Assembly: GCA_005801205.1 (NCBI GenBank)
Contig: SYDJ01000111.1
Location: forward strand, 636 to 64,635
Direction of reading: 5' to 3'
Origin: Gammaproteobacteria bacterium
GTDB taxonomy: Bacteria; Pseudomonadota; Gammaproteobacteria; Pseudomonadales; Cellvibrionaceae
DNA: 64,000 nt
In this document: piece by piece, positions 40,317 through 51,500 of the stretch
How the letters are laid out: each line of letters starts with the position of its first letter
Numbering within the stretch: position 1 is the stretch's first letter
Notes under the pieces: model-generated
The model's input: the letters and a program-made list of their open reading frames with translations, nothing else
What the model was told of the DNA's origin: nothing
Databases searched by the model: none
Program-made: the position numbers and the translations under genes

Positions 40317-43300
40317 AAGCTCTCCCGACAGCGATAAGAAGAAAGAAGCCGAGGATCAAATGGATTTTGACGCGCATTAGTGACGAATTGGAAAGTCACT
40401 TTGTTGGGGCCATTTGAGAAGGTGACATTCAATTTACCTGAATCATCCGATGTAACACTTCCTGAAGATATTGCTCGGTGTAGCGACCAAGGCCCTTCAA
40501 AATTTTGCACGCTATTCATATCATTCAAATCTTTGAATGCAAGTTGAACTTGACCAATATTTCCGTTCCATTCAACGTCAGATTGCAGCTTGGGGCCATG
40601 GCTATATAGGATGCGTTTATCACCCACCTGTAGCGCAAACTCTTTTATATTGGGGTCCATACTCACAGGTTTAATTCGCACCACAATTTGGGGGAAGGCT
40701 GCGCCCGTACCAAAGTAAGCTTCACGAATTTGCTGACCCGTTTGCAACATAGAAAGTGTTGCACTGGAGATTGCAATTTCGCTGCCCACTTTGGCTTTCC
40801 ATAAAGCGCGATCGAGATGTTTTTCTAGATTAGCGCGCACAAATGCATCTTCAATTCCATTAGGCTTGAAATAATCAACAAATTCATTGAACGACACACT
40901 TTGAGCACTTTGCGGTTCAAAGGGAAACATACCGCGTGTTATTTTTTGACATTGCCCGCTTAAGCTTTGACGGACTAAATTATTCACTGCTCCGTTAGCA
41001 GCAGAAGACAACTGACCTGACGCTTGTCGCGCCATAGCGGCTACCCAAGCATTAAAAGGCGCAGGCAATTCAGCCGCTAGCATTAATGTTTTTTTCGCTG
41101 GAATAGTATTCGCGCCCAATTGCATTACTGCGCTACTTGCATCCTCCGATAAGTAGGCCGCATTAATGGACTGCTTAAGTTCACTTAACTGAGCAATGAT
41201 TTGCGAATCTTTTCCAGCAGGAGCGCCAACCACTAAGCGATGAATATCAGCGAAATTTCGCTTAACCGCCAAAATAATCGGCTCGCTCGCAGGGGTATCT
41301 ACCGCAGCCAGCAGTTTGTTCGCCTGTGATTCTTTTCCTAATTTCTTTAATGCGCCACTAATAACTTTCTTTTCTGCACTGGGTTTTTCTTTTAGATCAG
41401 TTTGGTTTACGATCAATCGAATAATTGCCAACAACGGCGATTCAACTGGATCAGAAACTTTAGTCAATGCATTTACCAAATCAGTCTCTGTGCCGATAGA
41501 GCGTAAATTAATAGAGCTGATGAGCGTCTGCCAAGTTGCAATGTAATCTCTGGTGTATTGGCGCTGGAGTGATTCAGATATTGCATCGCGATCAGCATCG
41601 CCTAGTTTGCTATCGGGCTGACCTAAGACCCAAATATCGGCGGAGTATTGATCGATGTAAGAAGACCCTGGCGATAGATCAATTACCTTGTAACCCTCTT
41701 GCGTAAAAATAAATGGCACAACCAAGGCATTAGCTGGGTTAGCAGAGTAAAGGGTGTCAAAAAATAAGCCGAGTTTCGGGCGAAAATCAATCTTCTTTTC
41801 GGAAAAGTCATTTTTTATTTGTGCGTAAATTCGCTCTGCAGGCTCAATAGCACTGAGCATTGCCTGGATATTTTTAATTGCTTTTAAATCTGGCGATTGC
41901 AATGAAAAATCTTTTTTTAGTGCGTACAAATTCGTTAATTGTCTGGCCAGCTCTGCGCCCACTTCGGCATCTGTTCCGGTGACAGGATTTTCCGCCAACC
42001 ATGCAGACATGAACTCTATATCCCGATGCTGAGGTTCAACGAGCATGAGATAAAATTTAAGTGCATTAAAGGTTTCATCAAATGAACGCTGATCATTGTT
42101 AGCAAACCAGATCACAATATTATTGGCGAGAAAAGCTACATAACCCTGATCAAGAGCGCGGAGATACGCAGACTTTGCTGATTCATCTACCCCGGAATCA
42201 TACATCCCAGCATTTGATAACCAAGGATGCTCTTCATTAGAGTAAACCTTACTCGCATCCTCTACTAATTTAATGCTGGCAAGATATTCTTCGAAGCTTT
42301 CTTCCTTAGTATTTAAACCTAAATAATGTTGCACGGAATTATTTATTTCACCTAAATATTTTTTCTGCGCAGCAAAAGCACCTGTCCACCCTAATGCGAG
42401 TAGCATTGCCAAGCCTGCAATACCGCAAAATGCGGCAAACCGTATAACACGTATTTTACGCTCTTGTTGAGGGTTGGTCCCCGCAAGATTAGATTCTTGA
42501 AAAATCACTTCGCGAAACATCTTTTTCAAAAACAAACTTCTGGATGTTTTCTGCAGCGAACTGTAATTTCCACGAACCCCAAATTTTGCAGCAACACCCG
42601 CAACCATTCTGTCGATAGGTGAACCTTGCTGAACCGCGCTGGTGAAATACATGCCGCGCAGCTGATGCGAGGCTGCCATACCTTGTTGCCCAAAAATTTG
42701 ACTCAAAAAATCCAGCAAGGTCGGTTGTAAATTATCAAATTGCCAAGGAAAATTTAGCATGGTTTGGCGACGTAAAAAATCTCGCTCGCCATTCATTCGC
42801 GCGGGTAACTGCGTAAACAGATTCTGGCAGAGCAGATTGAACTCAGATTTAACCGCCGTCACATCAAAGCCTATTGACTGAAAGGTTACACCCCAAACCT
42901 GATCCTGCTCTTCAGGATACATTTGATCAAAATATTCACGAAAGCCAACCAAAAGGTCAGCTTTGGTAATTAACAGATAAACTGGAAAATCGACTTTAAG
43001 ATGATTTCTTAGTTCATCAAGTCGTGCGCGCAGAATTTGTGAGTGCCGCAAGCGTTGCTCTGCACTCATGCTCAAAATTTCATCCATACCAAGCGCAACC
43101 AGCGCACCATTAATGGGGCGGCGTTTACGGTATTTTTTTAGCAGAGTAAGAAAGTTAAGCCAGCCGCGCGCATCTGTTGCTTGTTGACTATCTTGAGTGG
43201 TGTAACGCCCAGCCGTATCAAGCAATACAGCATCATTGGTAATCCACCAATCGCAATTTCTGGTTCCACCAACACCACCCAAGCTTGCACCACCGGTCAT

Positions 43301-43759
43301 GGCCTCTAGCGGAAATTCCAAACCAGATTGACGAATGGCTGTTGTTTTACCTGAGCCTGGTGAACCAATAATGACATACCAAGGCAATTGATACAGCGAA
43401 ACCGAGCTGTTTGCCGCCCCAGAAAAGCGTTTTACTTTAAGTTGCGCAACGGCGGTTGAAAATTTCTCTTTGAGTTGTTTTTCTTCTTCTAGGGTTTGCT
43501 GGCTTTTAGCATCTGACGACGTTGTATCCGCAATACTATTCAATAATTCAGTATTTTTTTTGCGGTGCATAATTAAGAAAAGCAACGCAACTAAACCTGC
43601 GCCCGTATACAAAACGCCAATCATGATCAGACGTAAACCAGCGCCAAGTGGCTGCGGTGGTTGACCAACAGTGATCATGCCACCGAGCAACCAAAGTAAA
43701 ATGCCAAGTGACAATAATCCCAGTAACACCCAGAGCCCAGAAGAGCGCAATACATTCAT
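40313..43759 (-). CDS. tssM: T6SS membrane complex subunit TssM (IcmF)
   Basis: LYQLPWY.IIG.PGSGKTT, GGTRNCDWW, LDTAGRY, R.RRPING, RG.YFTSA.Q.G, GPWSL.R; start ATG 43759. Confidence 0.96.
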   Translation of the reverse strand: MNVLRSSGLWVLLGLLSLGILLWLLGGMITVGQPPQPLGAGLRLIMIGVLYTGAGLVALLFLIMHRKKNTELLNSIADTTSSDAKSQQTLEEEKQLKEKFSTAVAQLKVKRFSGAANSSVSLYQLPWYVIIGSPGSGKTTAIRQSGLEFPLEAMTGGASLGGVGGTRNCDWWITNDAVLLDTAGRYTTQDSQQATDARGWLNFLTLLKKYRKRRPINGALVALGMDEILSMSAEQRLRHSQILRARLDELRNHLKVDFPVYLLITKADLLVGFREYFDQMYPEEQDQVWGVTFQSIGFDVTAVKSEFNLLCQNLFTQLPARMNGERDFLRRQTMLNFPWQFDNLQPTLLDFLSQIFGQQGMAASHQLRGMYFTSAVQQGSPIDRMVAGVAAKFGVRGNYSSLQKTSRSLFLKKMFREVIFQESNLAGTNPQQERKIRVIRFAAFCGIAGLAMLLALGWTGAFAAQKKYLGEINNSVQHYLGLNTKEESFEEYLASIKLVEDASKVYSNEEHPWLSNAGMYDSGVDESAKSAYLRALDQGYVAFLANNIVIWFANNDQRSFDETFNALKFYLMLVEPQHRDIEFMSAWLAENPVTGTDAEVGAELARQLTNLYALKKDFSLQSPDLKAIKNIQAMLSAIEPAERIYAQIKNDFSEKKIDFRPKLGLFFDTLYSANPANALVVPFIFTQEGYKVIDLSPGSSYIDQYSADIWVLGQPDSKLGDADRDAISESLQRQYTRDYIATWQTLISSINLRSIGTETDLVNALTKVSDPVESPLLAIIRLIVNQTDLKEKPSAEKKVISGALKKLGKESQANKLLAAVDTPASEPIILAVKRNFADIHRLVVGAPAGKDSQIIAQLSELKQSINAAYLSEDASSAVMQLGANTIPAKKTLMLAAELPAPFNAWVAAMARQASGQLSSAANGAVNNLVRQSLSGQCQKITRGMFPFEPQSAQSVSFNEFVDYFKPNGIEDAFVRANLEKHLDRALWKAKVGSEIAISSATLSMLQTGQQIREAYFGTGAAFPQIVVRIKPVSMDPNIKEFALQVGDKRILYSHGPKLQSDVEWNGNIGQVQLAFKDLNDMNSVQNFEGPWSLHRAISSGSVTSDDSGKLNVTFSNGPNKVTFQFVTNARQNPFDPRLLSSYRCRESL

Positions 43760-43763
43760 TGAT

Positions 43764-44660
43764 TTATTCCTTATTTTTTTCAACAGTCTGTGTTGCGTGT
43801 ATACCGTTTAGTTGATTAATTGTTTCCACGCCCGACTCATGCAGCCAGAATCGTAAGCCAGAATAAATCAACAACGCCAAAGTAAATGCTATAGCTGCTA
43901 TCGCCCACAAGGGAATAAAATGCATTAAATGACGTCCGTGAGCAAAAGCTGTTTTCCAGTGAGGCGATAGCACGCGCTCCTGATGTTGACGACCATAGAG
44001 CTGGGTAAATAGTTGCTCACGTAAATTTTCGAGCTTTTCTTTTCCACGCGGGTCTAATTTATAACGTCCTTGAAAACCTATGGCGATCAATAGATAAAAC
44101 AACTCGAGAACATCGCGATACTCTGCTTGTCGTTGACTTAATTGTTCAAGTAATACAAAAAATTTCTCACCACCATTGGTTTCATTATGAAAAATGCTCA
44201 ACAGAGAACGTTGCGCCCACCCAGACGAAACGCCCCAAGGCGTACTCAAAATTGATTCATCTAATGCAGCACAAATTGCATAGCGTGCGATGACCATAAC
44301 TTCGTTGCGCAACCCAGCTTGTTGTAGCCGTACATCAAACTGGCGAATCTCTCCCGCAAGCTCTTGCTGTAATAATGCAAGTTGTTGCGGTGGATCTATT
44401 GCAGTGCGCACCGACGTAATGATTGCGACTAACGCGGTAGAGTTTGCCAAGATAATATTGGCTTGATTAGCGGTTGCCGATAATGAAACAGGAGCAACGG
44501 GAGTAATAGCCGGTTGGGCAAATGAATTCGCGGAGGGAGCGCCAGAATTTTCTGGCGATAACCTGCGCCCTGGGTTAGGAATAAAAACAGTACGATTTGC
44601 ATCGGCATTATTTTTATTTACATAAATTGTTTTATTCGCATCATCATCGTCAGTAATCAT
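43764..44660 (-). CDS. tssL: T6SS TssL (DotU), without an OmpA extension
   Basis: ARYAICAALDE....TPWG, SLL..FHNET.GGEKFF, GFQGRY, C-terminal TM. Confidence 0.95.
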   Translation of the reverse strand: MITDDDDANKTIYVNKNNADANRTVFIPNPGRRLSPENSGAPSANSFAQPAITPVAPVSLSATANQANIILANSTALVAIITSVRTAIDPPQQLALLQQELAGEIRQFDVRLQQAGLRNEVMVIARYAICAALDESILSTPWGVSSGWAQRSLLSIFHNETNGGEKFFVLLEQLSQRQAEYRDVLELFYLLIAIGFQGRYKLDPRGKEKLENLREQLFTQLYGRQHQERVLSPHWKTAFAHGRHLMHFIPLWAIAAIAFTLALLIYSGLRFWLHESGVETINQLNGIHATQTVEKNKE

Positions 44661-44664
44661 GTCA

Positions 44665-45993
44665 TTACTCCCTTATCGCCCAAAATTCAATTTCTAATCC
44701 CGGAAAACCATCGCCCACATGCAATGCAAATCCACCGGATGTTTGCATTGCTTTCCAGTAATCACTTGAACGATCAACTTCAAAATAGGTAAAACCTGAA
44801 TGATAGGGGATTTGTCGCGGAGCAACCGGCAACGGATTTAGTTTTATGCCCGGCAACTGCAAATTAATCATGTCGCGAATATTTTCTACGGGGCCAAGCT
44901 TGGAGACATTAGGGAATAGTTGACGAATCTCTTCGCCCGCTCGATCAGCTTTTACTGCCATCACAAAAAATGCTTTACCAATCAGGCCTCGGTCAGTTAT
45001 CGCAGCCACACGAATACCATAATTTCTCAATACAAAAGGTATTGCCAGCGCTGTTTGCTCAACCACGGCGCTTAATGATTGCCGCAAACTGTTTATTACG
45101 GGATAAAAACATTCTTGTAAAGCATTCTGACTAAAGGGTAAAAATGCCACAGGGCGGCGAGATTTATTACTAAAAGTAGATAGCTCACCCGCAAGCTGAA
45201 TCAGAATTTTATAAAACTCAAGCGCACTAAATAATGGCTGGGTAATGTAATGATTGATCAGTGGTGTATAGCGGTTAATAACCATTAGCAGCAAATAATC
45301 TGCAACTTCTGCGGTACCCATTCTATTGCCATCCGATGTGCGTACGGCTAAAGCCTCTGCACGGTGATGCAATAGCCCTGACAATTCTGTTAAGAAGTTC
45401 TTTAACCTTTCGCTCGCTGTAATATCTAAACAGGGGGGAATGAAATTATCATCCAAAATAATTGAGCGATCGTCCCTAACCTCTATAATTCGTGCGATAG
45501 GTATTGTTGAAAAACCTGATCTATCTTGTGATTCCAGTAGAAACCTAAAATTAGGTTCGGCGAGCTCAATATTTGCAGATGTACCTTGTGGGGTAACAGA
45601 ATCCAACACAGATTCTTCAACAGATAAATACCGCGACATAGTGGTTGAGTTTTGCGCGGCTATATCCGATACGCCTATTCGCTTAAGCGGAATCCCGATA
45701 TACAAAATTTCATTTTTAACGCTATCACTCAGTTCCAGCAACGGCGGCGAAGCATGTCTTCCTGGTATATCGACATGAGTCCCATCGGGAAAGACTGCGC
45801 GCGCGCGCTGTACGCCAATTTTCCCCTGCCGAGATAAGGTGTTATCCAATCGGAATTCAACAACCCCCCAATGATAAGCCGTATGAAGCTCACTCAGCTC
45901 TGATAAACAGGATTCGAAGTATCGCTGTTCTTGTTGGAAATGCTGCGGCTGGAGAAATAAGCCTTCAGACCATGCAACTTTATTGAATGACAT
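44665..45993 (-). CDS. tssK: T6SS baseplate subunit TssK
   Basis: KVAWSEGLFLQPQHFQQ, PDGT, FIPP.L, LPVAPRQIPYH, FWAIR. Confidence 0.96.
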   Translation of the reverse strand: MSFNKVAWSEGLFLQPQHFQQEQRYFESCLSELSELHTAYHWGVVEFRLDNTLSRQGKIGVQRARAVFPDGTHVDIPGRHASPPLLELSDSVKNEILYIGIPLKRIGVSDIAAQNSTTMSRYLSVEESVLDSVTPQGTSANIELAEPNFRFLLESQDRSGFSTIPIARIIEVRDDRSIILDDNFIPPCLDITASERLKNFLTELSGLLHHRAEALAVRTSDGNRMGTAEVADYLLLMVINRYTPLINHYITQPLFSALEFYKILIQLAGELSTFSNKSRRPVAFLPFSQNALQECFYPVINSLRQSLSAVVEQTALAIPFVLRNYGIRVAAITDRGLIGKAFFVMAVKADRAGEEIRQLFPNVSKLGPVENIRDMINLQLPGIKLNPLPVAPRQIPYHSGFTYFEVDRSSDYWKAMQTSGGFALHVGDGFPGLEIEFWAIRE

Positions 45994-46050
45994 CCGAGAT
46001 TCCTTAAAAAGCACTTAACACATTATGTTTTTATTCGTGCAACTTAGGCA

Positions 46051-46539
46051 CTATTCTTTAAGCGAATACTTCAAACCATATTTGCCGACAACTAATACCA
46101 CGTTGTTCGTTTTATTGGGCACAATATCAATCAACACTTTGGTATTGATATTTTCATACTGAACTAATTCAGCTGAAACACCAAGATGATTTGTCGTAGC
46201 GTCCAATACCATTTTTTCTTGGCGCTCAGTGCCAGGAAGGATGGCATCAAGACGCGCATTAGAAACCAGATCCACACCCAAAGACGCAGGGCCGCCTTGC
46301 AATAAATTAATATAAGATACGGTGGGGAATGTTTTCCCTGTGCGCAATTCGTAAAGATTCAAATAGACGAGTGATGATCTGCCATTGTCATCCGGATTAA
46401 CGTCTCTTTCGGCTTTGATTGTTAGGATTAATTCGGTTTTTTTCTCACCCAGCACAACTTTCTTTACGTTACTGCAAGATGCCAACACACATAGCATTAA
46501 TGCCGCAACACTAATGTTGCGCAGTATTTTTTGACTCAT
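46051..46539 (-). CDS. tssJ: T6SS outer-membrane lipoprotein TssJ
   Basis: Lipobox LASSC, A..DVNPD.NGR.S, LYEL; upstream of tssK. Confidence 0.9.
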   Translation of the reverse strand: MSQKILRNISVAALMLCVLASCSNVKKVVLGEKKTELILTIKAERDVNPDDNGRSSLVYLNLYELRTGKTFPTVSYINLLQGGPASLGVDLVSNARLDAILPGTERQEKMVLDATTNHLGVSAELVQYENINTKVLIDIVPNKTNNVVLVVGKYGLKYSLKE

Positions 46540-47965
46540 CCAGATTCTCCTTTCGAGTATCTAAGTACTCATAATGTTTGGCGAAATTTTCCCAAAAATG
46601 GGTTAGAACGTTTTTAGGCCCCGGCTGCTGAAATTTTTCATAGGACTCTTTATAAAAATCCCATAAGCGTAATTTCATACTGCTTAACACCGAACGTTTT
46701 TTCCCTTCGGCTTCTGCATAGCTTTCAATTCGAGCTGGTGCCAAGAGCTCGAAGCTACTCATAAATGCTGGTTCTATGGCGCCAATTAACGCTAACTGGT
46801 GACCAATTAAATCGTTCATAGCATCTTCATAGGCAGACTTAGATGCCAAATAACCTGACTTAGGACGCATAAATAAACGATCTAGCGCATCCTCTACATT
46901 AGGGCACATTTTCAACGGATTATTATCAGCCGCTTGAATAATAGTAACGCCCATTCGCAAACCATTTTTTACCTGATTGCGAGCCTGACAGGCCTTCATG
47001 ACACCTGATGTAACTGTGTCGAGGGTAGCAGTCATCTGGGTAACCAAATCCAACAGCGCTGGAGTTTCAAGTTGCTGTACGTCGCGCCCAAATGTTTTAC
47101 CCAATATGTTTCTAAGCTCATCAATGATTACGCTATCATCATGACGAACTACTTGTGGCTGTGGCTTAGCGGCAACCTTGGGATGTTCAGAAGCGCGCGG
47201 TGCCACGCTCTGCGGAACCTCAACTTTTTCTTGTGGCACCGATGGGGCAAGAATATCCCAATCATCAGGAATAAGATTTCCAGATGGAAACGCAATGGAT
47301 TCTTGTAGCGCAGATGAAGATGGGATAGCGGATGACGATGATGGTTGTGAGGTAGAGCTTGCAAAACCTGATAGTGAATTCCGCGCACTCAAGTTATTTG
47401 AAAAGCCAGACGACGAATCGAAAAAAGCTAAAGGATCTATAGTGTTTGAAGATATTTCTCCGCCACCCAGCACAGGCTCAGGCAAACTCCTGCTCGGCTC
47501 AGCTTGAGGCTTGAGGGAATTGCCACTGAGCAATTCATCAATAAAATCTACCGGTTCCTGGGTGCTTGGAGCGGCGGTGGGGTGCTTTAGAAAATCCACG
47601 CAGCCGAGATCTTGAGCCGCCATAGGTTTAGATTCTATTGATGGAGAAGCAGCAGCACTTATCGAAATATGATAGTTACCCATACGGATAACATCCCCTG
47701 ATTTGATGGGGGCATGCACACCTTGGCCCAATGGGAATTGAGCGTCATTCAAAAAAACACCATTAGCACTGGTATCTTCAACGAAGTACTGACCGGCAGC
47801 AACGGAAACCTTTAAGTGAGTCCTTGAGAGCAATTTTTCAGCATCCAACAAAACCCACGTGCTTGTTGGTGCGCGCCCAACAGTGCCTCCAGACGGACCT
47901 ATAACAACGCTTTGTCCCATCTGTGCATTCTCAGGATCACACTGGATTATTGTGAATCTCAGCAT
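46511..47965 (-). CDS. tagH: T6SS FHA-domain protein (Fha/TagH)
   Basis: FHA motifs GR, SRTH, DTSANG, GD.I.MG.Y; IPDDWD; C-terminal T.IQ..DNNPLK, HQLA, LW..Y. Confidence 0.93.
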   Translation of the reverse strand: MLRFTIIQCDPENAQMGQSVVIGPSGGTVGRAPTSTWVLLDAEKLLSRTHLKVSVAAGQYFVEDTSANGVFLNDAQFPLGQGVHAPIKSGDVIRMGNYHISISAAASPSIESKPMAAQDLGCVDFLKHPTAAPSTQEPVDFIDELLSGNSLKPQAEPSRSLPEPVLGGGEISSNTIDPLAFFDSSSGFSNNLSARNSLSGFASSTSQPSSSSAIPSSSALQESIAFPSGNLIPDDWDILAPSVPQEKVEVPQSVAPRASEHPKVAAKPQPQVVRHDDSVIIDELRNILGKTFGRDVQQLETPALLDLVTQMTATLDTVTSGVMKACQARNQVKNGLRMGVTIIQAADNNPLKMCPNVEDALDRLFMRPKSGYLASKSAYEDAMNDLIGHQLALIGAIEPAFMSSFELLAPARIESYAEAEGKKRSVLSSMKLRLWDFYKESYEKFQQPGPKNVLTHFWENFAKHYEYLDTRKENLDESKNTAQH

Positions 47966-48206
47966 AGTATCTGGTAACCAGCGTTAAATTTAAATTATAG
48001 AGTTGGACTGCCTGATGCTTGCATAGATTAATGATCAGGCATAGTCTTACATCTTACTCCTATATTTTTACATTTTCATATGTTCAAAATAGGCAGTAGT
48101 ATCCAGCTGACCATGTTATCTTGCAAGCCGACTTATTAGCATAGGAAGTTACATTGAATTTGGGATATTTCACAACTGAGAATCTTAGTGAAGGATGCGA
48201 GCACTC

Positions 48207-49358
48207 ATGACGCACACAACTATTATCGATCTTAATAAGCTCATTGCCCCAATCAATGAGGAATCACCTACAGGCCAAGACCTGCAAGTAGATATTTTTG
48301 ACACGCCCTTTCAAAAAATTAAAGGAATACGCGAAGACGCGCGCACGGCAGAGCGTTCCGCCCTTAATAAAGGGGAAGATTATCTTGGTGCAGGAGCTCA
48401 ATGCTGGAAGCAGGTTATCGACCTCGCCTATGACATTCTGACTAATCATAGTAAGGATCTGACTGTTGCAGCTTGGCTAGCCGAAGCACTTGCACGCTTG
48501 TACGGTGCCGCAGGGGTACGTGATGGAGTAGTATTGATTGAAGCTTTATCGGCCCAATATTGGGACACCCTATTCCCTTTACGCGAGGATTTGACCCCTT
48601 ACGACAAGAGGCTTAGCGGTATTAAATGCCTCAATGGCTCTAATAGTTCTCCAGGCACATTAGTTGCTCCCCTCAGTTTTTTCCTTCTTACCGAAGGACG
48701 CGGAGATCGTGATTTTGCTCTGTGGGAATATCGACGAGCGTTGGAGTGCTCGAATATAGAAAATGAAACTCGCCGTCACGAACGAGCACGCGAGCTTGGT
48801 TACACACTTAATGATATTCAAGAGGCAACAAATCAAACCGATCCTGATTTTTACGTTCGAAACTGCGAGGATCTGAAAAGCGCGCTTAACGCACTTACGC
48901 GCTTGAACGACCTTTTGAACAACTTGTGTAAAGACGAGGCTCCTTCCTTTGGACAAATTCGAGAGAATCTAGAAACCCTGCTTTCTACATACCGGCATCT
49001 AGGTAGTGATCACCTTAGCTCAGCAGCCAAAATTACCGAAACTGAAACGATAAGCACTGACGAAAACACTGGCTCTGCCTTGGCAGCCAGCAGCACAGCG
49101 CCTTCTAAAAAATCATCGGGACAAACAGATGAGCCGATGAATCGCGATGATGCTATAAAGCAACTTGCAGCAATCGCTGCGTTTTTCAAGGCAACAGAAC
49201 CTCACTCACCCATTCCCTTTGCAATTGAAAAAACCGTGCGGTGGGCACGGATGCCGTTTGATAAGTTAATGCAAGAACTAATACCAAGCGACGACTCAAG
49301 AAGTGTATTTGAATTAATGACGGGAGTATCGCTAAATGAAAACCATAATGATGACTAA
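48207..49358 (+). CDS. tssA: T6SS TssA (ImpA N-terminal domain)
   Basis: LIAPI....PTG.DL, SKDL.VAAWLAEA, W..LFP, R.DA..QL..IA.FF..TEPHSP; start at 48195 or 48207. Confidence 0.92.
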   Translation: MTHTTIIDLNKLIAPINEESPTGQDLQVDIFDTPFQKIKGIREDARTAERSALNKGEDYLGAGAQCWKQVIDLAYDILTNHSKDLTVAAWLAEALARLYGAAGVRDGVVLIEALSAQYWDTLFPLREDLTPYDKRLSGIKCLNGSNSSPGTLVAPLSFFLLTEGRGDRDFALWEYRRALECSNIENETRRHERARELGYTLNDIQEATNQTDPDFYVRNCEDLKSALNALTRLNDLLNNLCKDEAPSFGQIRENLETLLSTYRHLGSDHLSSAAKITETETISTDENTGSALAASSTAPSKKSSGQTDEPMNRDDAIKQLAAIAAFFKATEPHSPIPFAIEKTVRWARMPFDKLMQELIPSDDSRSVFELMTGVSLNENHNDD

Positions 49359-49435
49359 CACATAAATTTCTTTAAACTCCAACCCAACGCTCCATAACTT
49401 TTTTATCTACAACCCTTTATCAAGTGGGAGGCCCT

Positions 49436-49945
49436 ATGGCTGATAATGTTCATGACAAACTAAAAAGAGTCCGTAAACCACGCGTCCATATTTCTTATGA
49501 CGTTGAGACCAATGGCGCCCAACAGAAAGTTGAGCTGCCGTTTGTCGTTGGTGTGATGGGCGATTATTCCGGTGACAATATAGAAAGCAAAAAATCCTTG
49601 AAAGAGAGAAAGTTTGTCAATATTGACCGCGATAATTTTGACACATCAATGAATAAAATAGCTCCGAAGCTCAACTTCCGTGTTGACAACAAATTATCCG
49701 CTGAAGGTGGAGAGGTAAGTGTCAACCTTCAATTTAATAGCATAGATGATTTCTCCCCCGAGAGTATCGCCAATCAAGTAGAACCTCTGCGAAAATTACT
49801 TGATGCGCGCAATAAATTGCGCGACCTCATGAGCAAAGCCGATCGATCTGAAGAACTTGAAGGCCTGCTGGAGCAAATCCTCCAAAGCTCCGATGAAGTT
49901 AGCAAGCTATCTCAAGAACTTGGCCTCGGCAAAAAGGATGAATAA
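49436..49945 (+). CDS. tssB: T6SS sheath small subunit
   Basis: RKPRVHISYDVET.GA...ELPFVVGVMGD, RKFV.IDRDNFD, DFSPE, L..LL.AR..L.DL. Confidence 0.97.
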   Translation: MADNVHDKLKRVRKPRVHISYDVETNGAQQKVELPFVVGVMGDYSGDNIESKKSLKERKFVNIDRDNFDTSMNKIAPKLNFRVDNKLSAEGGEVSVNLQFNSIDDFSPESIANQVEPLRKLLDARNKLRDLMSKADRSEELEGLLEQILQSSDEVSKLSQELGLGKKDE

Positions 49946-49947
49946 TT

Positions 49948-51429
49948 ATGTCGCAAAATGAATTACAACCACTGGGTAAAGAAGCTGCAGAAGCAGATAA
50001 TGGTTTTAGCTTCCTAGATCAAGCTATTGGTGCAACCACACAATCCGATCGCAATGAAGTTGAAGATCTCCTCAAAACATTAGCGACGCAAGCAATGCAA
50101 GGCACAGTGGTGTGGGATAAAAATCTCAACGTCACTATTAACAAAGCTATCGCCAGCATTGATGAAGCAATTTCTGCACAACTTGCAGAAATTATGCACA
50201 ATGAAAAACTGCAGAAGCTTGAAGGCTCTTGGCGCGGGCTTAAGCATTTAGTTTTTAATACGGAAACAAGCTCTACTTTAAAAATTCGAATGCTCAATGT
50301 AGGCAAGAATGAAATCACAAAAGATTTGGCAAGCGCAACTGAGTTTGACCAAAGCCAACTCTTTAAGTGTATCTACGAGGAGCAATTTGGCACTGCTGGC
50401 GGTGAGCCGTACGGTAGTCTTATTGGCGACTATGAATTTAATAACACCCCCTCTGATATTGATACTCTCGCAGGGATTTCTCATATCGCTGCTGCAGGAT
50501 TTTGCCCATTCATAGCCGCCGCTGGTGCAGGCATGTTTGGATTGAGCAGTCATACTGAATTGAGTAAACCACGCGACTTGGCAAAAATATTTGAATCCTC
50601 TGAATACACTAAATGGCGCAGTTTTAGAGATTCAGATGATGCGCGCTTTGTTTCCCTGGTAATGCCACGTGTTCTCGCTCGCTTACCTTATGGTGCATCG
50701 ACAAACCCTATTGAAGCATTTAACTACGAAGAATTTGGTGGGGATAAAAAAGCAGCAGATCACGATCAATTTTGCTGGATGAATGCGTCATACACTATGG
50801 GCGCAAATTTAACTAAAGCCTTTGCAGAGTATGGTTGGTGCACGTCCATCCGCGGAACAGAAGGCGGCGGCAAAATTGAAAATCTACCGAGCTACACGTT
50901 TACCAGTGAAGACGGTGATATCGATCAAAAATGCCCAACCGAAATTGGCATTGCCGATAGGCGCGAAAAAGAACTTTCCGATTTAGGTTTCTTGCCACTT
51001 TGCCACTATAAAAATACCGATTACGCGGTTTTCTTCGGCGCACAAACCACGCAAAAGCCCAAGAAATACGATAACCCCAATGCAACAGCAAATGCGGCTA
51101 TTTCTGCTCGATTACCCTACATTATGGCCACCTCTCGCATAGCGCATTACTTAAAAGTAATGGCACGCGATAAAGTGGGTTCATTTATGGAAGCGAAGGA
51201 TGCAGAGTCTTGGCTTAATCAATGGATTTCAAATTACTGTAACAGTAATCCTGAGGCTGGGGCAGATACCAAAGCTCGCTACCCGCTTGCAGAAGCCTCA
51301 GTTGAAGTTCAAGAAATACCGGGAGCACCTGGCTCCTACAATGCTGTAGCCTATTTGCGCCCTTGGTTGCAAATGGAAGAGCTCACTGCATCACTACGTA
51401 TGGTAGCCAGCATACCCAAAGCAGGCTAA
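49948..51429 (+). CDS. tssC: T6SS sheath large subunit (canonical copy)
   Basis: QKLEGSWRGL, EFDQS.LFK.IYE..FG..GGEP, PRVLARLPY, CPTE, SRIAHYLKV..RDK.G. Confidence 0.97.
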   Translation: MSQNELQPLGKEAAEADNGFSFLDQAIGATTQSDRNEVEDLLKTLATQAMQGTVVWDKNLNVTINKAIASIDEAISAQLAEIMHNEKLQKLEGSWRGLKHLVFNTETSSTLKIRMLNVGKNEITKDLASATEFDQSQLFKCIYEEQFGTAGGEPYGSLIGDYEFNNTPSDIDTLAGISHIAAAGFCPFIAAAGAGMFGLSSHTELSKPRDLAKIFESSEYTKWRSFRDSDDARFVSLVMPRVLARLPYGASTNPIEAFNYEEFGGDKKAADHDQFCWMNASYTMGANLTKAFAEYGWCTSIRGTEGGGKIENLPSYTFTSEDGDIDQKCPTEIGIADRREKELSDLGFLPLCHYKNTDYAVFFGAQTTQKPKKYDNPNATANAAISARLPYIMATSRIAHYLKVMARDKVGSFMEAKDAESWLNQWISNYCNSNPEAGADTKARYPLAEASVEVQEIPGAPGSYNAVAYLRPWLQMEELTASLRMVASIPKAG

Positions 51430-51440
51430 TCGGTACTTGG

Positions 51441-51466
51441 AGAGGAAGGCGAGCCTTCCTCTTTTT
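51441..51466 (+). terminator. Intrinsic terminator or attenuator after tssBC
   Basis: AGAGGAAGG-CGAG-CCTTCCTCT followed by TTTT. Confidence 0.75.
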
Positions 51467-51500
51467 ATTGCGAACAAACCCATACTATAATTTTACCGCC

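Noticed and set aside
47966-48206. Sigma54 promoter in the divergent fha/tssA intergenic region
   Set aside because: No correctly spaced GG-N10-GC (TGGCAC...TTGC) match recognised
51363-51500. Long N-terminal extension of tssC2 in the ORF track
   Set aside because: Overlaps the tssC1 end and its terminator; TssC-like sequence begins after ATG 51501
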